Below the pieces are notes generated by a model, which worked only from the letters and a program-made list of their open reading frames with translations, was not told the DNA's origin and made no database searches. The translations under genes and the position numbers were made by a program. Positions 8,532 through 18,749 of a stretch of DNA of 64,000 bases are shown one piece after another; the first letter of the stretch is position 1; each line of letters begins with the position of its first letter. Source of the DNA: Bacillales bacterium UBA4682 (GTDB taxonomy: Bacteria > Bacillota_I > Bacilli_A > RFN20 > CAG-288); contig DHKY01000014.1 of the NCBI GenBank assembly GCA_002404995.1, positions 72,620 through 136,619 of the forward strand, given 5' to 3'.

Positions 8532-10989
8532 AAGCTTTGATTTCGATAATGCTTCCTTCCTTCAACAAAGAATACGGAATAAAGGCGGTCGTTTTCCGGA
8601 AGCCTCCCCGTTCTTGAACAATGTCCAGCTTGTTTCCATCAAGTAAGATAATTGCCTCTTCTTCAGATTTAGTAAAATGAATAGTGATTCTTTTATTACG
8701 GAAACTTATTTTCATTTCCGCTTTCATAAATGGAAAATAGGTTGCCGGATGAAGGTAAACACCATTTAGATGTGGATCAAATCCAAACGCATTTCGGACA
8801 AGTGATTTGAAGAGAGTGGAGGAGCTGCCGGTAAACCAATCGTTCCTGCTTTCACCATCACAACCGATTTCTGGGTTATAAACATAACTGTTTGGCATTA
8901 CGAACGGAGTTGTCGAAATGAAATCATGGTTGAAAGGAACAAGCTTGCTCCTCTCCTTCCATGCCATTTCCGGCTTGTTTATCAGGAAGAGTGAATCAAG
9001 AGCAAACACACTAGCATGGATATAAGTGGCTGCGTTCTCGGCTGTACCTTTTGGAAGATTGACAATTCGTCCTACCGCAGAGGACTCTTTTCCAAAATAC
9101 GGGTCAAAGGTTTTGAAGCCATACTTTCCTTCTAATTTTGAATAAGCCTCTAAAACAGCAGAAACATATTCCGGATGGTATTTATAGAAACCACATAGAA
9201 TATAGAAAGAATTTGAAGTCAATGTATCCCGGCTTTGATGATCGATATCATCAAAGGATCCGACAAAGAAGGATTGATCATTACCCCAGCCATGGATGAT
9301 TTTCCATTTCCCGTCTTTTTCGACAAAAGCATGATGTAAAAGTCCGTTCTCGACTTTTTCCTTTGCTTCCTTAGCCTTTTCAATCCAGTTTTCTTCCTTC
9401 TTGGCGAAAGAAAAAACCTCAATTGCTTTTGTTAACGCGGAATAGAGCTGGAAGGTTGCCCTGATAGAAACACCATTACCAAACCCTGGTTTACCCTTTG
9501 TTTTTCCTAATCCGTCAATGGCATCATTCCAATCTCCATAAAGGGCTTTAAGACATCCGGTTTCTGGATCAATATTGCCAATAAGATAATCCATAATCCG
9601 TTTCAAATGAGATAAGACATCATCTGACTCTTTAGAAAAGCAGCAGGATCCGTCTTGATTAATTTCAATATATCGCCGATTAACTAAAAGAATAGAGGAA
9701 TCACCTGTGTAGGAAAGATACTGATAAATACAATCAATCACCCATAATCCTTGATCGATGAACTCGCGGGAGTCAATCCGAACGCTTTCTCCCTCTGACC
9801 ACGCAAACTGGCGTGGACATCTTCCGGTTACAGAAACATAATCAAGGCAACCGAGGATTTTTTCTCTTACCCTCTTTGGATTGAAAATCACAGCCGCTTC
9901 TAAGGCCTGGAAGATATCACGAAAGCCAAGCCTTCTCAGTGTACTATTCTTTGTCGATGCACAATAATCGACTTGCTTGACAAGCATTTTCGAGAATGCA
10001 GTAAATTTGTCCGCATCGATTTCATTTCCTCCTTGGAAAGAAAACCTGTCGTAGGTTTCTTCCACAGTTGGAAGAGAAGAAAGATAGTCTTTTATTTCCT
10101 TTAAAGACCGAAAATTCTTTGAGGAAGTAAGCTGATAGGAGAACTCCCTGCATTGATGTGGCTCAAGTGTGCTTTTCAGGAAGTCCCCGGCTATCGCCCT
10201 ATCCGAAAAACAGGTTATGTTCTTTTCTTCACGGAATCCACCTTTTAAAAGGCAAGGAGAGGAATTCTTATCTCCCGTCTTTGAGTCACAATAGACCAGA
10301 CGAGAAGTTGTACTTTCCTTTTGCTCTACATTTTCAGTATTTCTTTTAAGGCAATAATGATGGAACAGATGTTCTTCTATTGAGAGATCCTCAGTAGTGT
10401 CAAAGACAAAACAATCGTCCTTATACTGGCACTTCTTAAACCATTTGGTCTCTACACTTGAATAATTGGAATGCCTAAGCCTTGGGTTAATGAACCTAGA
10501 AGAATAAACTTTCTTTTCTTCTTCGTCACAATTGAGAATCTTTCCGTAAACGAGAAGTTCTTTGTTATCATCTAAAGTCCTAGTGACAAGATAGGCTAAT
10601 CCGGAGGTTTTAAGAATATATGTAACCGAATGATAGGAGAAAAAGACCCCTCTCTCCACATCTTTTTCAAGGACATTCCGATCAAAATCAAAAAGTGAAA
10701 TAGGAAGATAGCAATCTTTTTCCTTTATTCCAAGGAAAAAAGAAAGAAGAGAGACTTCACCTTCTACTGTTTCCGGAAGAAGGAAAAAATCGGATTCACT
10801 CCTGCTAATCTTGCCGCAAGCATGTGCCCAAAGCACCCTTCCATCCTCCACATAGGGATAACGTGCATCGCTTTTTCGGTCCGGAATCCTAAATATTCCG
10901 TTATTCCAGTAGAGGCAATGATTTTTTTCTAGTTCTGCTTTTTTCTTTAACTCATCGAATCTCACAAGCAGTTCCTCTTGGATTTTCAT
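8530..10989 (-). CDS. Cytoplasmic (alpha/alpha)6-barrel glycoside phosphorylase/hydrolase, GH94-like (possibly a beta-glucan oligosaccharide phosphorylase)
   Basis: 819 aa with no signal peptide. Motifs GDWNDAIDG, RLGFRDIFQALEAA and the C-terminal NDWFTGSSS...GFDPHLNGVYLHP resemble GH94/GH65-type phosphorylases. The family call rests on motifs only. Confidence 0.45.
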   Translation of the reverse strand: MKIQEELLVRFDELKKKAELEKNHCLYWNNGIFRIPDRKSDARYPYVEDGRVLWAHACGKISRSESDFFLLPETVEGEVSLLSFFLGIKEKDCYLPISLFDFDRNVLEKDVERGVFFSYHSVTYILKTSGLAYLVTRTLDDNKELLVYGKILNCDEEEKKVYSSRFINPRLRHSNYSSVETKWFKKCQYKDDCFVFDTTEDLSIEEHLFHHYCLKRNTENVEQKESTTSRLVYCDSKTGDKNSSPCLLKGGFREEKNITCFSDRAIAGDFLKSTLEPHQCREFSYQLTSSKNFRSLKEIKDYLSSLPTVEETYDRFSFQGGNEIDADKFTAFSKMLVKQVDYCASTKNSTLRRLGFRDIFQALEAAVIFNPKRVREKILGCLDYVSVTGRCPRQFAWSEGESVRIDSREFIDQGLWVIDCIYQYLSYTGDSSILLVNRRYIEINQDGSCCFSKESDDVLSHLKRIMDYLIGNIDPETGCLKALYGDWNDAIDGLGKTKGKPGFGNGVSIRATFQLYSALTKAIEVFSFAKKEENWIEKAKEAKEKVENGLLHHAFVEKDGKWKIIHGWGNDQSFFVGSFDDIDHQSRDTLTSNSFYILCGFYKYHPEYVSAVLEAYSKLEGKYGFKTFDPYFGKESSAVGRIVNLPKGTAENAATYIHASVFALDSLFLINKPEMAWKERSKLVPFNHDFISTTPFVMPNSYVYNPEIGCDGESRNDWFTGSSSTLFKSLVRNAFGFDPHLNGVYLHPATYFPFMKAEMKISFRNKRITIHFTKSEEEAIILLDGNKLDIVQERGGFRKTTAFIPYSLLKEGSIIEIKA

Positions 10990-11239
10990 AATTGAAGCCT
11001 CGCTTTTAACTATTGTTCTTCTTTTTTCATATTCTGAAATTATTTTGTCTAGAGAAGCAGAAAAGGAAGGAAGGAAATAAATTTACAGATACATTTCATT
11101 GAATATAACTTAGCCTGTAACTATTTCATTCATGATTATAGCATAGCAAAGATAAATTATTCATTGTTTTTTTATAAACTAAAATATTTATTCGTTCCGT
11201 TAATTGATTATCAGTTAGAATCATGATTCAATTGAAAAA

Positions 11240-11275
11240 ACAGATTCCATCACTGAGGAAAGAATCTGTTTTTTA
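11240..11275. terminator. Rho-independent terminator downstream of the LRR lipoprotein gene
   Basis: Hairpin CAGATTC...GAATCTG with flanking T/A runs on both sides. Confidence 0.55.
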
Positions 11276-11303
11276 AATGCTTAGTTATTCCAAAAGACTG
11301 ATG

Positions 11304-12626
11304 TTATTTGGATAATCCAGTCGAATTATAGTGAATGGTAGCCGAAGAGGTAATATTGTTTTTATCGTATTCGCCGATTTCCACATTATTCCACTGTGCT
11401 TGGCTTCCACCATAATAGATATCCTTGATACTTGTCGGATAACCTAAAGCATGATAATCCATTTTCGTTATGTTTGCAGGAATATAGATATCCGTTAGTT
11501 TTGCACACTCACTGAACCTCTCCTCAGGAATGTTTTTCATGCCTTTGCCAAGTGATGCTGCAGAAAGAGAACTGCATCCTTCAAATTGTGACCCTGATCC
11601 GAACGAGGAGTTGCCAGATACGAATTTGGTCAGGCTATCCGGAAGAGTGACTTCTTGTAAGCTGCTGCAATTAAGGAAAGCCAAAGAACCTAGTGTTGTA
11701 AGTCCCTCGGAAAATTCGATTCCAGTTAATGACTCACATTTTTCGAAAGCACGTACAGCTATCTTTTTGATATTTCCAGGGAGAACTAGGCTTTCAATTC
11801 CGGTTTTGTGAAAGGCAGATTCGCCAATGGACTCTATTCCATTTCCGAAAGTGACATTTTTTAAGGATGTGCATTCTTCAAAGGTTTTCTCCTCTAATGT
11901 CTTCACCTTTTCTGGAATCCGAACTGAGGACAAAGAGGAACAATAGCTGAAACACATCTGTCCAATCGATTCAAGAGCCGATGGAAAAGAAATCTCAGTC
12001 AAAGAGGAACACTGATAGAAGCTCATCCGTCCTAACGAACTTATTGTGGAAGGAAGAATGACAGAGGATAGGTTTTTGCATCCGTAAAAAGCAGATGCTC
12101 CAATCTTCTTTATTCCCTCTTTCCTTTTAATGGACTTAATCTTTGTTTCTCTGCTGAAGGCATAATCTTCGATAGATACGACTTTGTAGCCATCGTGAAC
12201 CGAGGGGATAATAAGATCAGATGGTTCATTGCCATCATAATTTTCATTGAGACCAACTACGCCACACGTTTTCGTGGTTTCATCCAGAACAGAGAATGAG
12301 AGATACTTTTCACTGCTCGGTTCTTCATTCAAACTGCTGTCCGAAGCATTAGGTTCTTCCTTTGAGCCACTACATGAAACAACGCTTGGTTCTTCTATCA
12401 AGCCACTGCCGGAATTACTCGGCTTTTCTTTTGTCCTACTATCTGAATCACTCGCTTCTTCCTTTGTTTCACTTCCTGAGTTACCCGGTTCTTCATTCAA
12501 ACCACTCATAGAGAAGGATGTACCAGTATTAGTGGGATTGTTTTCTTTCTTGTTCGAGCATCCATAACCAGCAATTGAAAAAAGAGCAAGCAAGGAAAGA
12601 ACATATCGGATTTGTCTTGATTTCAT
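11304..12626 (-). CDS. BspA-type leucine-rich-repeat surface lipoprotein with an N-terminal Ser/Glu-rich repetitive linker
   Basis: Lipobox GYGCSNKK. Repeats of the LRR_5 type (SLTEISFPSALESIGQMCFSYCSSLSSVRIP...). Tandem xEEPx low-complexity repeats near the N-terminus. RBS AGAGGT. Confidence 0.7.
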   Translation of the reverse strand: MKSRQIRYVLSLLALFSIAGYGCSNKKENNPTNTGTSFSMSGLNEEPGNSGSETKEEASDSDSRTKEKPSNSGSGLIEEPSVVSCSGSKEEPNASDSSLNEEPSSEKYLSFSVLDETTKTCGVVGLNENYDGNEPSDLIIPSVHDGYKVVSIEDYAFSRETKIKSIKRKEGIKKIGASAFYGCKNLSSVILPSTISSLGRMSFYQCSSLTEISFPSALESIGQMCFSYCSSLSSVRIPEKVKTLEEKTFEECTSLKNVTFGNGIESIGESAFHKTGIESLVLPGNIKKIAVRAFEKCESLTGIEFSEGLTTLGSLAFLNCSSLQEVTLPDSLTKFVSGNSSFGSGSQFEGCSSLSAASLGKGMKNIPEERFSECAKLTDIYIPANITKMDYHALGYPTSIKDIYYGGSQAQWNNVEIGEYDKNNITSSATIHYNSTGLSK

Positions 12627-12881
12627 TTGGAATTACCTCTTGATATTAAATTTATACCCCCCAGAAATGTCAATAACCATTTTCTATTTCAATGCATTGT
12701 CTCATCCTATGAAATGCTTTATTTCTAATAATCAGGGGATTGAAATAGCTCTAGTCAAAGCCAGAATTCAGATTCTGGTCAAAAGAAAGCAGGATACATT
12801 CTTCCGCAAGAAATCTTTATCAAGGAATAACAGAGGAATAAATTGCTATAATAGATATTAATTTAAGAAGGAGTAAAAAGA

Positions 12882-13673
12882 ATGATTGTTGCCTTAATTG
12901 TAATATCGATTCTATGTCTTATTCTGCTTTGGTTGATGTTCTGTGGTTACCAGTGGTGCTTTGGACCTTTCCATCGTCTTCATAATCAAAAAACAGCAAG
13001 ACTAAAAGGAAATAAAGATACCTATAGTCTTGAAAAAGCAGGATTAATAAATGAAAGTCCTCTAAAAGGAAAGAAGCTTATTTTCTTAGGTTCATCCGTG
13101 ACTTATGGAGCCTCTTCTCAAGGCGTATCCTTTCCGGATTTCATCGGAAAAAGAAATGATTGTACCACCATCAAGGAGGCCGTTAGCGGAACAACCTTAA
13201 CAGATGATAAAAAGAATTCCTATATTTCCCGTCTGAAAAAGAGGAAAGAAGATAATGTCGACAGGTTTATCTGCCAGCTTTCAACCAATGATGCTACAAA
13301 AGGAAAAGAACTAGGAACAATCTCTTCCAGTTATGACAGGAACGATTTTGATTCCCACACCATAATAGGTGCAATCGAAACAATAATTGCTTACGCAAGA
13401 AAAAAATGGAATTGTCCGATCGTTTTCTTCACAAATCCAAGATACGAAAGTCAGAAATATTCATCCAGGGTTTCCGTATTAAAGGAAATCGCAGACAAGT
13501 GGAACATCTATATAATCGATTTGTGGAACACCGAAGATTTCAATAAAATCAGTGAAAAAGAGAGACACCTCTATAGGGCTGATAGAATCCACCCAACCAA
13601 AGCCGGTTATCTCCTTTGGTGGACACCGGTATTTGAAGAAAGACTCTATTCTATAATTGAAGAAGCAAAGTGA
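12882..13673 (+). CDS. SGNH/GDSL-family hydrolase (esterase/lipase-like) with an N-terminal membrane anchor
   Basis: RBS AGGAG. Block I LIFLGSSVTYG and catalytic block V ADRIHPTKAG (DxxH) fit the SGNH hydrolase fold. Confidence 0.55.
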   Translation: MIVALIVISILCLILLWLMFCGYQWCFGPFHRLHNQKTARLKGNKDTYSLEKAGLINESPLKGKKLIFLGSSVTYGASSQGVSFPDFIGKRNDCTTIKEAVSGTTLTDDKKNSYISRLKKRKEDNVDRFICQLSTNDATKGKELGTISSSYDRNDFDSHTIIGAIETIIAYARKKWNCPIVFFTNPRYESQKYSSRVSVLKEIADKWNIYIIDLWNTEDFNKISEKERHLYRADRIHPTKAGYLLWWTPVFEERLYSIIEEAK

Positions 13674-13866
13674 CATTTTGAGCAACAAAAAGCAGTTTGC
13701 AGTAAAGAAAATTCATTACTATGATTCGAATTATAAAGCTGAATTATAAAGCGAAATCAGGAATCTGACAAAATATATCAATCCTGATTTGTCCGAAAGA
13801 AAAAGGGAGAAGCCATATTTCGACGGCTTGCTCCCTTGGATTTCAAATTCAGTTTAAAGACAAAAT

Positions 13867-16539
13867 TTAGGCTTTATAGGTGATGGCAAATTTAGAAATA
13901 CGGACTTGATTTGAGGAAGCCTTGAAAGTAATAGACTTCGTTCCCTCGTCAAACGCCCACGTTCCATTGTAGCCAGAATAACTATAAGTTCCTTTTTCGG
14001 AAGTCAGTTCAAAGCAGCCCGGCCCGCCTTTGGCCGTGTCTTTGACAGTACAAGTAAAAACAATCTTAGTAATCGATCCGGAAGCAATGCTGATAGTCAA
14101 TGATTGAGTTTTAAATACATTGACATAATTCGCAGTTACAGTTCCTTGAGAAGCCTTGAAATCAATGCCTTTATTTGTTTCTTCAATAGCCTTAGATGAT
14201 ACTAATTCAAATTCACTAGCACTGATCTCAACCGTCTGAGTTGCTGCTTTTGCAATAACAGTGATGGCGATAGAAGCCTTGACTTCTGCGTTGACAGCAG
14301 AAGCAACCGTAACAGTGAAAGTATCTCCGACAATGGCTTCTTCCGTCAAAGTGACAACGCCATCAGCCACCGTGGCATGTGCGTTTTCGGAGACAGACCA
14401 AATAAGTTCGTCCTTGGCAGCAGAGGGAGTCTGTTCAACCTCTAAGGTTAAAGTCCTTCTCAACTGGATATTTGCTTTCTCGCCAAGTTTGAAGGAGAGA
14501 GCCGTTGCAGCAGGACGGGTAGCAGCACTAGCTTCGGTGACATACATGTAATATTTATCATTGTTAAGATAGATATAGCCTTTAACATCATAGAAGCCGT
14601 CAGCCACATCCATGCCAGTAACTTTGACGCTCTTGTCCCCTAAGGCAAAGGAACTAGACTCAACAGAAACAGAAGAAATAGAAACAAATTTAGCACCATC
14701 CTTGATGGTCAGAGCCGCAAGAGAAGTTGCATCCCTATCCGTTGCTTCATAGGTAGAAACAATGGCCTGATAGTCATTTGCATCAAGGATAGCAACACTT
14801 GTCTGAGTTAATTCGAAGACATATTTCTTAGAAGCATCAAACTTCACTTTGCCTTCGAACTTGACACTGTCGCCTTCCTTAACAGCTGCATTCTTGACAT
14901 AGACATAGACGTAATCACTGGCATCCGCCAGGATATAGCCTGAGGCATCGACAGCTTTGACAACACCCTTCAGGGTAAGCTCAGTACCATCCACAGATGC
15001 TTTTGCAGCAGAGATGGTATCTAAAACATCAATAGCATAGGTGGCATCGGAGTATCCGTTCCTCTTTGCGGTCAAGACAACACTGCCTGCTTTTAAGCCT
15101 TTCAGCTTGCTTCCATCAATGATTTCAGCAACTTCGGCATTATCAACGCTATAGGTAATGCTAGGAGTATCGCCTTCTTCGGAAAGCGTGGCAGAAAGAT
15201 CAATGGTCTCTCCGACAGTGACAAGATCCTGGGCCTTGATGGTGATGCTCTTATCGGCAATCTTAAGGCTGTAAGTTCCAGTCTTCGTTCCACCAGCGAA
15301 TTTCGTTGTTGCAGTGACGACTAAATCAGCAGCTGTGGCATCTTCGGCAATGGTAAGAAGACCATTCTCGTCGATGGATGCCTTGTCGCTGCCACTGACA
15401 GACCAAGCAACTTCTTTTGTCGCATAGTAAGGTTCGACGGAAGCAGAGAACTGGAGTGTCTCTCCTTTGCCGATGGTGATGGCACCATTATCGGCTTCGA
15501 CAGTAATCTTAGTCGGTTCACCCTTAGAAGGAGTCTTTAATCCGTTGTCTTCAGCAACGAAAGTTCTCCGCTCGCCCGTTGCGGTCTTAGCACAGAGATA
15601 ACCATAGACATCATAGGTTCCGATTTCATAGTCATAGGCAATATCGAAGCTGAACTTATTGGTTCCACCGATTCCTTCCGGGTAATCGACATTGGTGTAT
15701 TTCTGTCCTTTGCTTCCAGTGCTTTCTGAGATAGTACCATCTTTCACAACGCCATAGAGGATACCTTTTCCGTTATATCCATCTAAGACATCTGGAGTGA
15801 TGATGACCGGATCATTGCTTATAACCGGCTTTGTGTATTCGGCAGAAAGGATAATGACGGAATTCAATTTATACTCGAATCCGTAATCACCATTATCAAT
15901 GGTACCAGCGGTAACAACATAATCACCGACATTGACCATGCTGGCATTCTGCTTTCCATAAGCATAAACAGCATTTTCCATGCCGTTTTTATCGGCAAGG
16001 ATGAATCCGTAGTTTCCTTTGGCAAGAACAACACCTTTGGTCTTATAGACATCAGACGAAGTCTCAAGGGCCGTATTTCCGACAGTAGAGACAGGATCAA
16101 GGATAGTCATAGCAAACGCACCGTCTTTGTAGCCATCCTTGTGTGCAGTGATGGTGACATCACCTGCTTTAACCGCCGTCACAACACCATCAGCAACGGT
16201 AGCAACAAGCTCATCTGAACTTGTGTAAGTCACACCTTCGACAGAGGAAGTCAGAGTAACCTGTTCTCCGATAGTCGCATAGGATAAACCGGAAAGAGAG
16301 ATAGTCTCCCTTTCGCTAGCAGAAGCAGAAGGAGTAATCGTCGGGTTCTGAGTCGGTGTCTCCGTAGGCTTAACAGTAGGAGTTTCCGTGGGTTTTTCTG
16401 TCGGCTGATCCGTCGGTTTTACTGTGGCAGAAGGAGTATCGTTAGGATTTGCAGAAACAGAATCAGATGTCTTCCCGCATCCAGCAACGGCAAATAAGGA
16501 GAGAAGAAGAGAAAGAGATAAGATTTTCTTTCGCATCAT
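13867..16539 (-). CDS. Large surface lipoprotein with multiple Big_2 (bacterial Ig-like) domains and a Pro/Thr-rich linker
   Basis: Lipobox LFAVAGCGK. PTEKPTETPTVKPTETPTQNPT linker. Big_2 signatures (TYTSSDELVATVADGVVTAVKAGDVTITA, ITYSVDNAEVAEIIDGSKLKGLKAGSVVLTA). Start chosen at MMRKKIL; the ORF is open upstream to 16587. Confidence 0.65.
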   Translation of the reverse strand: MMRKKILSLSLLLSLFAVAGCGKTSDSVSANPNDTPSATVKPTDQPTEKPTETPTVKPTETPTQNPTITPSASASERETISLSGLSYATIGEQVTLTSSVEGVTYTSSDELVATVADGVVTAVKAGDVTITAHKDGYKDGAFAMTILDPVSTVGNTALETSSDVYKTKGVVLAKGNYGFILADKNGMENAVYAYGKQNASMVNVGDYVVTAGTIDNGDYGFEYKLNSVIILSAEYTKPVISNDPVIITPDVLDGYNGKGILYGVVKDGTISESTGSKGQKYTNVDYPEGIGGTNKFSFDIAYDYEIGTYDVYGYLCAKTATGERRTFVAEDNGLKTPSKGEPTKITVEADNGAITIGKGETLQFSASVEPYYATKEVAWSVSGSDKASIDENGLLTIAEDATAADLVVTATTKFAGGTKTGTYSLKIADKSITIKAQDLVTVGETIDLSATLSEEGDTPSITYSVDNAEVAEIIDGSKLKGLKAGSVVLTAKRNGYSDATYAIDVLDTISAAKASVDGTELTLKGVVKAVDASGYILADASDYVYVYVKNAAVKEGDSVKFEGKVKFDASKKYVFELTQTSVAILDANDYQAIVSTYEATDRDATSLAALTIKDGAKFVSISSVSVESSSFALGDKSVKVTGMDVADGFYDVKGYIYLNNDKYYMYVTEASAATRPAATALSFKLGEKANIQLRRTLTLEVEQTPSAAKDELIWSVSENAHATVADGVVTLTEEAIVGDTFTVTVASAVNAEVKASIAITVIAKAATQTVEISASEFELVSSKAIEETNKGIDFKASQGTVTANYVNVFKTQSLTISIASGSITKIVFTCTVKDTAKGGPGCFELTSEKGTYSYSGYNGTWAFDEGTKSITFKASSNQVRISKFAITYKA

Positions 16540-16649
16540 CTTTGTTCGGAGCCTTGGCTGCTCCACTTTTCCTTTCAAGTGCACCAAGTAAGAAGCTATG
16601 ACTAGTCTTCTTTTTTCAGTATACGCCTTTAAAAATAGTTTTAATAAGA

Positions 16650-16684
16650 AACAATAAAAAGACGGCCTAGTTTTCTAGGTCGTC
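16650..16684 (-). terminator. Rho-independent terminator for the 16708-17325 gene
   Basis: Hairpin GACGGCCTAG-TTTT-CTAGGTCGTC with a U-rich tract following on the minus strand. Confidence 0.55.
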
Positions 16685-16707
16685 TCAAGATTTTTCAATT
16701 GTTTAGA

Positions 16708-17325
16708 TTATTCCGCTTCTGTAAAAAAACAATACTCAAGACCGCCGCTGACAGTCACTTTCGCATGAGCGATATACTCAGTATCTTTTTTCTTCTTGGC
16801 TGGTTTGAAATCATGCGTGAAGGTATTGTCGTCATCTTTTCCAACCAAAATATAGTCCCCATTTTGGCTCCGATCAAGAGCAAATCCGACTAAATCCTTA
16901 CCTGTGAACTTGCCTCTCATCTCAACCCATGGTGTTAGGAGAACATCACTGTATTTCCAGATACAAGTGACTCCAGCAGAAGAATAAGTCTCCTTAGAGT
17001 CAAAGCCAAAGACAATCTGCTCTCCATCGGCAAACTTCTCTTTGGATAATTCCTCGTTGGAAATGCCATCTTTACTCGTATAGTACTTTGTTTCCTTACT
17101 GCCGGCAGGAGTCCAACCGATTAAATGCTCAAATCCAAACTCATCTAATACATAGTCTCCTTTATCTGAAAAATGAAGGAATCCTTTTGAGAAGCAATCA
17201 GCCACATAATCATCTGGTGTTGCCGGGACAACGTAAAGCAGCGAGCTAACATGGGATTTTGTCTGGCAGCCACATAACTCAAAAAGACTAATACCACACC
17301 TTATCCTTTTTTTAAATTTGTTCAT
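16708..17325 (-). CDS. Hypothetical small lipoprotein co-transcribed with the upstream serine protease
   Basis: Strong RBS AAAAGGAGG before MNKFKKRIRCGISLFELCGCQ, a lipobox-like sequence. Start overlaps the protease 3' end by 14 nt. No recognisable family. Confidence 0.5.
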   Translation of the reverse strand: MNKFKKRIRCGISLFELCGCQTKSHVSSLLYVVPATPDDYVADCFSKGFLHFSDKGDYVLDEFGFEHLIGWTPAGSKETKYYTSKDGISNEELSKEKFADGEQIVFGFDSKETYSSAGVTCIWKYSDVLLTPWVEMRGKFTGKDLVGFALDRSQNGDYILVGKDDDNTFTHDFKPAKKKKDTEYIAHAKVTVSGGLEYCFFTEAE

Positions 17326-18388
17326 ATAGGTTTGCCTCCTTTTCAGCGTATTCAACAGCATTTATGATTGTCGAATTGATTTTTACTGCATACCCATGGG
17401 AATCACTACTTAATGTAAGGATTCCGCACACCCCGTTGAATGATTCAAAAGTATATTCGTTTTCATACTCGAAATACAACGGGCCACCACTCATTCCCGA
17501 AACAGCATAATTGTTTAGATTAAATAAGTTATCTCCTATACTATAATTCGTGGCCTGAACACGATAACCTGCTGAATAACAAAGATACCCTTTTCGGTAA
17601 TCACCATCAGATAGTCCACCAGCATATCCAGCAGCAACATTTGCAGAATTATAAGGACCGTACTGATTTGAAATTCCGTAATATCCGATTATGTCGCCTA
17701 CGTTTTCTTCCCTGATAAGAACAGCCCAATCATTAGCATATTCAGACGATTCTGAATAAAGGCTAGGCCTAATTACCTCTTTGACATCAAAAATATAGTC
17801 GAAAACAGAAGTATCGTTATCTGACTGAACAGCTTTAACACGAAGATTGGTCCTAAACTTTGAGGATTTTTTATCAAAAACACAATGAGCTGCAGTCAAC
17901 CTAACATAATCACTAACAGAAAAACATGTTCCGTAGCTAATCCATGTATCACCATTTCTTTTATAATTGCCGGTTAATGAGGCAATAGAGGAACAATTAC
18001 TAACCTTTTTATGAGAATAATCAACTTTAACCAGGTTATCCTTGCAGTTTCCCTCGGTATTGTAATTTTGAAAATTAAAATCAAAGAAGTCATTATATTG
18101 ATTTCTAATGATTTTAGAGTCCGTGGATTTTGTGACATCCTTTGAGGTAAGTAAAAAGCTAGAACAGGAAACAGCCGTATGTTTAATCATCTTTGGCATA
18201 GGCTGAATTTCTACAGAAGAATCATTGTCCGAACTCACCTGATAATCTTGCAAAGCCAGACTGCCTTCTGAGTCATTCACTACTTCAGAATAAGAACATT
18301 GGCTTACTTTGGTCGGCTTAGTCAAAGGAATACTTAAACTTCCCTGAAGCATTAGAAGAATAAGAAGTAAACATAATTTTCTTGTCAT
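17312..18388 (-). CDS. Secreted trypsin-like serine protease (S1 family, V8/Spl-like)
   Basis: Signal peptide MTRKLCLLLILLMLQGSLS. Catalytic His motif TAAHCV, Asp in NDWAVL, Ser motif GMSGGP. RBS GAGGT. Confidence 0.7.
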   Translation of the reverse strand: MTRKLCLLLILLMLQGSLSIPLTKPTKVSQCSYSEVVNDSEGSLALQDYQVSSDNDSSVEIQPMPKMIKHTAVSCSSFLLTSKDVTKSTDSKIIRNQYNDFFDFNFQNYNTEGNCKDNLVKVDYSHKKVSNCSSIASLTGNYKRNGDTWISYGTCFSVSDYVRLTAAHCVFDKKSSKFRTNLRVKAVQSDNDTSVFDYIFDVKEVIRPSLYSESSEYANDWAVLIREENVGDIIGYYGISNQYGPYNSANVAAGYAGGLSDGDYRKGYLCYSAGYRVQATNYSIGDNLFNLNNYAVSGMSGGPLYFEYENEYTFESFNGVCGILTLSSDSHGYAVKINSTIINAVEYAEKEANLYEQI

Positions 18389-18749
18389 TTTGTTTTACCT
18401 CGCTATTACATCTGTCCAAATTATATTACGGCTTGTTCACTTTTTTAAAGGTTAGTCAAATCTTTCTAAAATCAGTAAAAAGATATTAAAATTGGTTTTT
18501 TTTATCGATTTTTACTGATTTTCTTATCTTTTCTCATTCTTTTGCCTCTTTTTAATTTAATTGTAATCGCTTTCTTTTTTTGTTTTAAGGAATTGCATTT
18601 AGTAATTATTTGAATCAATTTGCTTTTTAGTAGTATTTCTCGAGAAATATCAAACGCTTTTCATAAACAGCTTCATTTCTATTAGAACCTGTACCTTCTG
18701 TGTTATACTAGATTAATTCGAATTGACTTTGTGAAAGGGAAAACAAAAG

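Noticed and set aside
13807-13866. Possible terminator hairpin after the SGNH hydrolase gene
   Set aside because: Stem pairing is poor (GGGAGAAGC versus GCTTGCTCCC). It is not convincing as an intrinsic terminator.
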